Assembly (NCBI RefSeq): GCF_900289195.1
Contig: NZ_OMOH01000004.1
Span: 1 to 32,000 of the forward strand
Length of the DNA stretch: 32,000 nucleotides
DNA from: Propionibacterium ruminifibrarum
GTDB lineage: Bacteria; Actinomycetota; Actinomycetes; Propionibacteriales; Propionibacteriaceae
Direction: 5' to 3'
Positions 1 through 6,843 of this stretch are shown here, piece after piece. Numbering within the stretch: the stretch's first letter is position 1; the number at the start of each line of letters is the position of its first letter. The translations under genes were made by a program, and so were the position numbers. The notes beneath the pieces are model-generated. The model saw nothing but the letters and a program-made list of their open reading frames with translations. It ran no database searches and was not told where the DNA came from.

Positions 1-23
1 ACAAACCACCACAAGAACCCTCA

Positions 24-2597
24 TCACGGAATCTCATCCATGTGAGATCGATTTCGCAGCGGATCCTGGGGTATGTAATTATCCGGGTTGCGGTAGTCCT
101 CCAAGAACAGCCTTTCATTCTCGATGGGGTCAGGACTGTACTCGTGATTGAGATACTTGTCTCTCATCTTAGCATACTCTTTACCGGGTTTGTGTCCCAT
201 GTCCCATCCAGAATCCATGTCATTGTGCGGTTCACCCGGCTCCCACTCGACAACCCTCTCTTGGTTATTTATGTCCCTGACGATTACCTCTCCATCCTCA
301 TTCCTAGCAGCCTCGAAGACGCGTTCTTCCTGGCTCGGTATTCCGTTGGCTGGATCTCCCGGGTCGTATGAGGGACGCGAGTTCGCATACGGCATTCGAG
401 TCCCGTTCGAATCATACCCATACGAGTTTGGCTCACCGGTAGGTGGAAGCCCATTCGGGTACCCATTCCCACGGTTCTCAGCAACCCATGTTTCAGAGGA
501 GGGATCCCAGCGCATCTCCCAGCCACGACGACCAGCAGAATCCTCAGAAAGCAATGGCTCTCCGGTGCGATGATCCAACGGGTTCCCATCTTTATCACGC
601 GGAGCATCCTCTAGAGCCTGCCTCACATCGTCAGCAGTATACGGGCGCGGCGCATCCTTCGCCGGAACAGTTTCCGTCGCGTGCTTTCTTTCCGCGCTGC
701 CAGATTCACCATCACCATCTACCCCATTACCAGCCGAGTCGCTTGACTCGCTCCGACGAGCCGTGACATCGCCATCGCCATGCGACCCGCTACTGGAAGA
801 ACCAGCAGCATCGCCATGACCACCAGTCGCATCCGGCGCCGGAGCAGACGATCCAGCCTCAGGCGCGCTATTATCAACCGCAGCACGCTTGGCCGCGCCC
901 GTCTCAGGAGCATCATTGGCACCCACCGAATTGCCGGCCTCGGCACGCTGCGGCACCTCGGAGGAACTTCTAGCACTCTCCACGCCAGAACCAGACTGAT
1001 TTGACGGATCATCCCCACCATGAGCAGTCTTGGCAGAGCTAACAGATTCTGATCCGCCCAGGTCTGGAGCGTTGTGGTGCGATGTATCTGGCAACACTGA
1101 ATGGTCAGCAGAACTACCAACGCCGTTGAGATCTGGCCCGCCGTCACCAAGAGACGGAGCATCAACACCACCAGCGCCGCCACCTCTAAGATCAGAGGTT
1201 ACACCCCCCATATCGGGAACAGAATGAGTTTTCCCCAAATCGTGGAGAAGCATGTTATCGACCGCGGTCGATGCTCGAGCAACCACGCCAAGACTCTCAC
1301 TTGCCCGGGAAGCTACTCCTGCGCCTCTGACACCAATATCTGCAGCAGCTTTCGCGACATATGAGCCACCGGGGAGAATGGTGTCTGCGATAATTCCGGC
1401 TGTTCTCGCACCATAACGCGTAAATCTCGCACCCCTGCTGACATCAGCCCCGACCGCACCCGCCTTGCCAAGATCGGCACTCGGAATGAAAAAGGAGCCG
1501 ACGTTTATCACCGTGGAAGACGCTGCCCTGACGGGATCATCTCGCCACGCCGCAAGAGGTTTGTCCGAGTTGGGGTAGATGTTGAAGAGACCACCAAAAG
1601 CATCCTCCAAGGGCGCAACCATTGTCTCATACCAAGCGAAAACTTGATTCTCTTCAGCGAGCTTCCCCAGAGGATCTACACCGATCTCCTTACCGATCAC
1701 TTTAAGAGGATAGCTGATCGAAACACCAGCGAAGCCGCACGAAAGAAGAAAAGCAAGCCCAAGTTTGCCCACACCAAGGACTGACTGACCTGCGTGTGAA
1801 AAATCTCCCAAGTCACCTGTACGCGGGTTGTAACTAAGAAATGAGAGGCCACCATTTACAATGCCAGCGACACCATCCCAGATACCCATCGCTACTGACT
1901 GGCCGCAATTACTCGCCTCTCGTTCGGTTCTCTGCCCCCAAGGGAGGGCTTGCCCGTCTAACTCAGCCCCAGTAATATCTGTCGGAAGTTGTTCGATGTC
2001 ATCCGAAACCAGCCCGTTGATGGTATTTGCGCACTCATTCTCGGCATTGATGATCTTTGCGACTTGATCATTGATCTTGGCGATCCAGTGGTTATTCTCG
2101 TCAGAGTACCTTTCAGGCGCACTGAACCAATCGGCATGAATTGTTTGCTTTTTCATTTGCGATAACGAAGAGTTGGGTATGTATTCCACAACAGTCTTTG
2201 TCGTGTCTTCGCCCGCCAATGCCTTTTTACGAAATTCTCGCACGCCTTCACGCACGGCATCAAGATCGGGCTTTATCACATCAAGCGCATCGGCAAAATC
2301 ATCAAGTGCGTCAGCTGCACTACTGAGCGCTGTTTCCACCCCATCGGCAGAACTCGACGCAGGATCAAGCAGGTTGTATACCGTTGATGACTCTGGCGCC
2401 TCATAAACACCAGGTGATTTGAGTCTTGCCCACTCTGTCACTATGTCATCGACATTGTCACCAACAGCTGTGCTCATGTTGCGCAACTCAGTCGCGGCAT
2501 CCGTCACGTAACTTGTATCGATTTTGGGGATCATTTCCGGGTCAACCAAACCGGAAGCGCCGCCCCCGTCCATACTCATGGTCATCGATGCTGCCAT
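24..2597 (-). CDS. 857-aa putative T7SS-exported polymorphic toxin. It has an N-terminal helical domain, Gly-rich hydrophobic segments, a long Ser/Gly/Asp/Ala-rich disordered linker, and a C-terminal GH-E-type HNH/EndoVII nuclease-like domain.
   Basis: Long ORF that is the last gene of the minus-strand operon headed by the WXG100-like genes. A GAGGGG Shine-Dalgarno lies ~8 nt upstream of the ATG at 2597. The C-terminal sequence WDMGHKPGKEY...YRNPDNYIPQDPLRNRSHMDE matches my recollection of the GH-E toxin nuclease signature (GH..G.E, then N..N.SH). No signal peptide is apparent. Confidence 0.75.
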   Translation of the reverse strand: MAASMTMSMDGGGASGLVDPEMIPKIDTSYVTDAATELRNMSTAVGDNVDDIVTEWARLKSPGVYEAPESSTVYNLLDPASSSADGVETALSSAADALDDFADALDVIKPDLDAVREGVREFRKKALAGEDTTKTVVEYIPNSSLSQMKKQTIHADWFSAPERYSDENNHWIAKINDQVAKIINAENECANTINGLVSDDIEQLPTDITGAELDGQALPWGQRTEREASNCGQSVAMGIWDGVAGIVNGGLSFLSYNPRTGDLGDFSHAGQSVLGVGKLGLAFLLSCGFAGVSISYPLKVIGKEIGVDPLGKLAEENQVFAWYETMVAPLEDAFGGLFNIYPNSDKPLAAWRDDPVRAASSTVINVGSFFIPSADLGKAGAVGADVSRGARFTRYGARTAGIIADTILPGGSYVAKAAADIGVRGAGVASRASESLGVVARASTAVDNMLLHDLGKTHSVPDMGGVTSDLRGGGAGGVDAPSLGDGGPDLNGVGSSADHSVLPDTSHHNAPDLGGSESVSSAKTAHGGDDPSNQSGSGVESARSSSEVPQRAEAGNSVGANDAPETGAAKRAAVDNSAPEAGSSAPAPDATGGHGDAAGSSSSGSHGDGDVTARRSESSDSAGNGVDGDGESGSAERKHATETVPAKDAPRPYTADDVRQALEDAPRDKDGNPLDHRTGEPLLSEDSAGRRGWEMRWDPSSETWVAENRGNGYPNGLPPTGEPNSYGYDSNGTRMPYANSRPSYDPGDPANGIPSQEERVFEAARNEDGEVIVRDINNQERVVEWEPGEPHNDMDSGWDMGHKPGKEYAKMRDKYLNHEYSPDPIENERLFLEDYRNPDNYIPQDPLRNRSHMDEIP

Positions 2598-2635
2598 TAC
2601 TAGATCCCCTCGAGATCATCGATTCTTACTGGAAG

Positions 2636-3028
2636 TTACTCGCCTAGAACGTTGTTCTCTTTGAAGAAAGTGAAATCGCCGGTCTGAGCCGCAGTGATCA
2701 TCTCAGACTGGAAGGTGGCGGCCATCTCCTCATTGCCTTGGTTGTACGCCACGGTCGCGCTCGCCACCCCCCAGGCGCCTGCTTGTATGTAGTTGCCAAT
2801 CGAGGTCAGATCATCACCCAGCGAGGCGATAAGATTATCCACCGCCGTGGGCACCGAACCCATCACCGAGTTGACGCCGGCCGACCCCTCGGTCGCCCCG
2901 CCTGTCAGGCAGTTCTCCAGATCGGTGAACTCGTCCTCACTCAGACCTTCTTGGAACTGATCCGCGTAGGTCGTTACGTTATCCAGGACGACCTTCACCT
3001 GCGCGCCGTCGATCTTCCAGCTACTCAT
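2636..3028 (-). CDS. 130-aa small, mostly helical protein of unknown function. Candidate toxin partner or targeting factor.
   Basis: ORF placed 4 nt after the upstream gene's stop and 38 nt before the toxin start. Its composition is Ala/Gln/Glu-rich and helical, with an internal AGAWGVA segment reminiscent of WXG100 hairpins. The function is inferred from position only. Confidence 0.6.
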   Translation of the reverse strand: MSSWKIDGAQVKVVLDNVTTYADQFQEGLSEDEFTDLENCLTGGATEGSAGVNSVMGSVPTAVDNLIASLGDDLTSIGNYIQAGAWGVASATVAYNQGNEEMAATFQSEMITAAQTGDFTFFKENNVLGE

Positions 3029-3032
3029 CGTG

Positions 3033-3362
3033 TCACTTCCGTTCCATCACGCGTCCGCCCAGCCTGCGCGCCAGCTCGGCGCAGATCACCCGCCCAGTGC
3101 GGGAATCGGCATAGGGCAATGCCATGTCGGTCCACACCTGCCCGGCCCGGACGTCCTCGAACGTCCCCGTGGCCTCTCGAGCCACGGCCAGGGCCCTGGG
3201 TGGCCACCAAGTGAGGATGCCGTCGTTGTTGTGGTCGCGGAGCAGACAGGACCCGTCGACCAGTTCATGCAGCTCTCCGCCAGGGATGATCGCGGTGATA
3301 GCCGCCTCCCAGTCCTGCCAGGTGGGTGCGGTGCCGCTCAGCAGGACGAGTTCAACGGCCAT
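3033..3362 (-). CDS. 109-aa hypothetical protein. Alternatively, the C-terminal part of a frameshifted ~465-aa protein.
   Basis: High third-position GC in this frame and a non-repetitive sequence (MAVELVLLSGTAPTWQDWEAAITAI...). The ATG at 3362 lies inside the end of the upstream ORF, giving an 11-nt overlap (ATGGCCGTTGA). The 203-aa track ORF is open upstream of this ATG, but its N-terminal 94 aa look like Arg/Ser/Cys-rich noise. Confidence 0.5.
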   Translation of the reverse strand: MAVELVLLSGTAPTWQDWEAAITAIIPGGELHELVDGSCLLRDHNNDGILTWWPPRALAVAREATGTFEDVRAGQVWTDMALPYADSRTGRVICAELARRLGGRVMERK

Positions 3363-4428
3363 TGCCAACCCCGTTTCCGTCCAGCCCGAGGGCATGGCTG
3401 AGGCCGGGCAGTCCGACACTGCGGAACACGTCGCAGAGCTGCCTCCACGGCGCTTCATCGCCGAAGAAGGGCACGAGCACGGTCGGAAGCAGCGAGCGGC
3501 CCAGACGCATCCCGCCGTGCCGGGTGACGATCTCGTCGACGTCGAGACCAGACTCCTTGATCGCCCACGGGCCCGCCATGATGCCCAGCGGGTACTCGGG
3601 TCGCCGCGAGCGCACGTGCTGGTAGCCGTCCGGGTCATCGTCAATGAGCGTTGTCATGGCGAACACCGGGGTGAACGCCTCGTGAACCCTCCGCAGCACG
3701 GCCGTGGACAGCTCGACGGCCCGTTCGACGGCCTCGCCGTAGGAGCCAATCGGCACGGTGCCGCACAGGTGCTCGCTCAAGCCAGAGGCGCCGCGCTCGT
3801 ACTGGAGCGTCGCCACCGCGCCGGGCGCGGGCGCCGAGAGCCGGTAGATCGGCGTGCTCGGCATGTGGCGGCGGGCGTCCATGGTGAGCGCCCGCCGATC
3901 CCACGGCCGGCTGAGCGGCTCGGTGAAACCCAGCAGATCGGGGGCCGGGGCCCCAAGGGTCGCGAAGACGAGTTCGGCCAGGGAACCCACCCGCAGCTCC
4001 TCGGTCGCCCGGTGGTGCACCATGATGTCGAAGCCGACGGCTCCGGCCGCCTGCGGGTCGACACCGGGCATGTCGAGGCGGGGCAGCCGGCTCATCGCGA
4101 CGGGATCGTCGAGCTGATCCAGCGTGTCCAGGTCGCGGCCGGTCAGGGCGTCCATCATGTGCCCGTCGGCGCGCATGGTGACCCACGAACCCATTGAGGC
4201 CGCCATCTCGAAGCCGAGGAGGCGGCTCAGGGCGGCGTCCTCGTCGGTGACGAGGACGGGGCGCAGCTGCTGCATGCGGGCGAGCAGCAGGAACTGCCCC
4301 AGCGCGGGGCTCAGGTCGAGGCGCTTGCGGTAGCTGTGGTAGACCACCGCGTTCGTCGCGACCCCATCGATAACGGGCAGCTGGCCGAACCGAAGCGGCG
4401 CCTGCCCGCTTGTCACTGTTGTGCTCAC
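3352..4428 (-). CDS. 358-aa conserved-looking hypothetical protein associated with the T7SS substrate genes.
   Basis: Balanced amino-acid composition. Its GTG start overlaps the stop of the upstream WXG100-like gene (GTGA at 4425-4428). The antisense ORF 3124..4197 is Arg/Gly/Pro-rich and judged spurious. I recognise no catalytic motif. Confidence 0.65.
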   Translation of the reverse strand: MSTTVTSGQAPLRFGQLPVIDGVATNAVVYHSYRKRLDLSPALGQFLLLARMQQLRPVLVTDEDAALSRLLGFEMAASMGSWVTMRADGHMMDALTGRDLDTLDQLDDPVAMSRLPRLDMPGVDPQAAGAVGFDIMVHHRATEELRVGSLAELVFATLGAPAPDLLGFTEPLSRPWDRRALTMDARRHMPSTPIYRLSAPAPGAVATLQYERGASGLSEHLCGTVPIGSYGEAVERAVELSTAVLRRVHEAFTPVFAMTTLIDDDPDGYQHVRSRRPEYPLGIMAGPWAIKESGLDVDEIVTRHGGMRLGRSLLPTVLVPFFGDEAPWRQLCDVFRSVGLPGLSHALGLDGNGVGNGR

Positions 4429-4751
4429 AGGTGGACGGCGCTGCCGGCTCGTTGGAGGGCGGTCTGGGCGACCTGGTCGGACTCCTCCATCGCCCCGATC
4501 AGCTGAGCGATGATCTGACGCACCTCATGCCCGGCCTTGTTCCAGTTGTCCTCCAACTGGTGCATCTGGTCGGACACTCCCTCTGCCTCGTAGTTCGCCA
4601 TGAGCGACTTCACATCGGCGTCGTGCGAGTCCAGCACCGCAAGCAGCTGGGCGGCCGCGGCCCTCATGTTCGCCCCAGCAGTCTGGGAGTCGGCGATGTT
4701 GTAGTCATTGCGATCGGCGTCGTTCACATTGTCAAAACCTGAGTAATCCAT
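4425..4751 (-). CDS. WXG100-family-like small helical T7SS substrate (~108 aa) with a deviant WXG motif.
   Basis: ~100-aa Ala/Gln/Glu/Asp-rich two-helix-type sequence. The central turn reads NWNKAG rather than the canonical W-x-G. A GGAG lies 10 nt upstream of the ATG at 4751; the track ORF starts 9 nt earlier at a GTG. The gene is paired with a second similar gene and sits next to eccC/eccD. Confidence 0.6.
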   Translation of the reverse strand: MDYSGFDNVNDADRNDYNIADSQTAGANMRAAAAQLLAVLDSHDADVKSLMANYEAEGVSDQMHQLEDNWNKAGHEVRQIIAQLIGAMEESDQVAQTALQRAGSAVHL

Positions 4752-4836
4752 GACAGGCACACTCCAAAAAACAGAACGGATTGGGAATCAAAGACGAAAC
4801 GAGGAAGACCACGAAAGGCAGACCCGAGGGAAGCGG

Positions 4837-5175
4837 TCAGACGTTGCGGGCCACCGCGGCGTCGAAGTTCGCGCCGGCCTGGCTGCTGCTGAACACCTCG
4901 GTGGCCTGCTCGGCGTGCTGCTGGAACGCCCTGCCCTGCTCGTTTGTCGAGTTGAGGATGCCCTGCAGCGAGGTGTTGAGCATGTCCGCCACCGCATTCG
5001 CGTTCTGCTTGAACGAGTTGAACGACGCCTTCACCGGCCCGTTCATGCTCTTGGCGACCGGCTCTGCCGCCTGCACGAACGCCAGCACCATCGCCCCCAG
5101 GTCACTGCTCGACGCGTCGGTCTTCTTCGCATGGTCCGACAACGCCGTGCCCTGCATCGCGAACTTCATACCCAT
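4837..5175 (-). CDS. WXG100-family-like small helical T7SS substrate (112 aa) lacking Trp in the hairpin turn.
   Basis: ~110-aa helical, Ala/Gln/Asn/Ser-rich protein that is the first gene of the minus-strand operon. A GAAGGAGG Shine-Dalgarno lies ~12 nt upstream of the ATG at 5175. The turn region reads SMNGPVKASF instead of W-x-G. Confidence 0.55.
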   Translation of the reverse strand: MGMKFAMQGTALSDHAKKTDASSSDLGAMVLAFVQAAEPVAKSMNGPVKASFNSFKQNANAVADMLNTSLQGILNSTNEQGRAFQQHAEQATEVFSSSQAGANFDAAVARNV

Positions 5176-5497
5176 GACCGGTCAAGGCCTCCTTCATGCT
5201 GACCCCGGAGCACACGAACCACCGGGGCGGGGTGGTCAGACGTGGACCGAAAAAACGGCCGCAAACGTGCAGTACGGTACCGATCAGGCATCCCCTTGAG
5301 CAGCACATTCCGACACCGACACGCCCCCAGAAAACCCCCACAGACACCCCTAAGGGACAGGCGAACCCCTCGTCACACGGCGTTTCACCGTGACTGGCGG
5401 TGAACCCCCGGCTTGGGATGCAGACCGGCGGCCGGTTCGTCTCCCATCAGCGGTTAGGCTGAAAGACGTCTCAGCCAGCCCCCCGGAAGAGGTCATC
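5176..5497. promoter_or_regulatory. Divergent promoter/leader region between the substrate/toxin operon (minus strand) and the FHA-ecc operon (plus strand).
   Basis: A 322-bp non-coding gap between divergently oriented first genes, each with a good Shine-Dalgarno. It contains an imperfect inverted repeat, GTCACaCGG-N7-CCGTGAC, around 5372-5394. I could not identify -10/-35 elements with confidence. Confidence 0.4.
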
Positions 5498-6385
5498 ATG
5501 CCAGCCACCGTCCCCACCATCGTGTGTGGGCGCTGTGGCACGCCCTTCGTCGGCACGGCGGTCTGCGGCAGCTGCGGTCACCCGACCACCGCCACCTGGC
5601 CCTTCGACACCGAGGAGTGGCGCACGCGGCTGCGCCCGGCAGACCAGGAGCGCCTCATCGCGGCGCTCGCCCTCGACGCCCTGTGTCTGCTCGTCCCGGT
5701 GGTGGCCCTGGTCGTCGCCGCGGCGCGCGGCGGCTGGCACCCGTGGGCCATCGTCCTGGTCGCCGTGGCGCTCCTCGGGGCGCTCGCCGGCCTCGGCCTG
5801 TGGTGTCTGCGCGACTGGGGGCGTTTCGTCGGTGGGGCGGCCCTGCGGCTGCGCACGCTCGACAGCCTCACCGGGCTGGCGCCGTCCCGGTTCGTGGCCC
5901 CGCGGCTGCTGCTCGTCGCCGACGCACGGACCGAGGACCCCCTCCTCGTCACGGTCCCCCACCTGGGCGATCTGAGGGCCATCGCGAAACCGCGCTCGCT
6001 GCCGACCCCCGCCACCACGCCCCCGGCGCAGCCCGCGGCGCGCCCCCCGGGCTGCTTCGTGGCCACCAGCCAGAAACTGACACCGCTCGTCGGCCCGCTG
6101 CTCGTCGGCCGCTACCCGGTGCGCCAGATCGGCGCCGAGCCGCTGCCCACCCTCGAACTGCCCGACTTCACGCGCACGATGAGCCGGGCGCACGTCCTGC
6201 TCGAGAACGAGAACGGGCGTCTGTGGGCCACCGACCTGGACTCCGGCAACGGCACCCGCATCCGGCGCCCGGGCGAGCAGCCGGTGGCGATGGTGCCGCG
6301 CATGCGGATGCCGATCATCCCCGGCACGCGCATCGACTGCGGCGAGCAGAGCCTGTTCATCACCGACGGCAGGAGGGTCGCATGA
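5498..6385 (+). CDS. Membrane protein with an N-terminal CxxC...CxxC zinc ribbon, a central RDD-like two-TM domain and a C-terminal FHA domain.
   Basis: The N-terminus reads IVCGRCGTPFVGTAVCGSCGH. Hydrophobic helices follow (LALDALCLLVPVVALVV, WAIVLVAVALLGALAGLGLW). The C-terminal FHA signature is LLVGRYP...SRAHVLLENENGRLWATDLDSGNGTRI. A GGAAGAGG Shine-Dalgarno precedes the ATG at 5498. Confidence 0.75.
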   Translation: MPATVPTIVCGRCGTPFVGTAVCGSCGHPTTATWPFDTEEWRTRLRPADQERLIAALALDALCLLVPVVALVVAAARGGWHPWAIVLVAVALLGALAGLGLWCLRDWGRFVGGAALRLRTLDSLTGLAPSRFVAPRLLLVADARTEDPLLVTVPHLGDLRAIAKPRSLPTPATTPPAQPAARPPGCFVATSQKLTPLVGPLLVGRYPVRQIGAEPLPTLELPDFTRTMSRAHVLLENENGRLWATDLDSGNGTRIRRPGEQPVAMVPRMRMPIIPGTRIDCGEQSLFITDGRRVA

Positions 6386-6843
6386 TCGACCGCGACCGCA
6401 TCCTCGTCGAGGCCACCCGCACCCGCCGCCAGCGGCTGCTGTCGGCCCTCACCTTCGGCACCCTGCCCGACCGGCGCACCGTCACCAACAACGTCGGCCG
6501 GTTCGTCGGCTCGGCGGTGCTGGCCGCGGTGATCGGCGCCGGCTGCCTCGGCGGCTCGTTCGTCGTGAACACCCTGCAGGAGCAGAAGATGTCGACCACC
6601 TCGGCGAACTACCGATCGGCGATCCAGGGCACCTCCACCCTCGACGAGGGCACCAGCGTCGACCCCCGCACCGGCTACCCGATCGACCCCGAGACGGGCT
6701 GGGCCATGGCCCCCGACGGCCTCGCCTACGACACGAGGAGCGGATGGCAGGTGGACACCCGCACCCGCAGACTCATCGACCCCACCACGAAGTACCAGGT
6801 GGACCCCGAGACGCTGCAGGTCTACCCGAAGGAGCGCACCTGA
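6382..6843 (+). CDS. 153-aa single-pass membrane protein with an extracytoplasmic region of short DPxTG/W-x-VD-type repeats. Unknown T7SS-associated component.
   Basis: The ATG overlaps the FHA gene stop (ATGA at 6382-6385). A basic N-terminus is followed by one TM helix (FVGSAVLAAVIGAGCLGGSFVV). The C-terminal region reads DPRTGYPIDPETGWAMAPDGLAYDTRSGWQVDTRTRRLIDPTTKYQVDPETLQVYP. Confidence 0.6.
   Translation: MIDRDRILVEATRTRRQRLLSALTFGTLPDRRTVTNNVGRFVGSAVLAAVIGAGCLGGSFVVNTLQEQKMSTTSANYRSAIQGTSTLDEGTSVDPRTGYPIDPETGWAMAPDGLAYDTRSGWQVDTRTRRLIDPTTKYQVDPETLQVYPKERT

Noticed and set aside
2636-3028. The 130-aa gene read as the toxin's immunity protein.
   Set aside because: It lies upstream of the toxin gene, whereas immunity genes of polymorphic toxins normally follow the toxin domain. 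A partner or chaperone role is more consistent with its position, though this is not proven.
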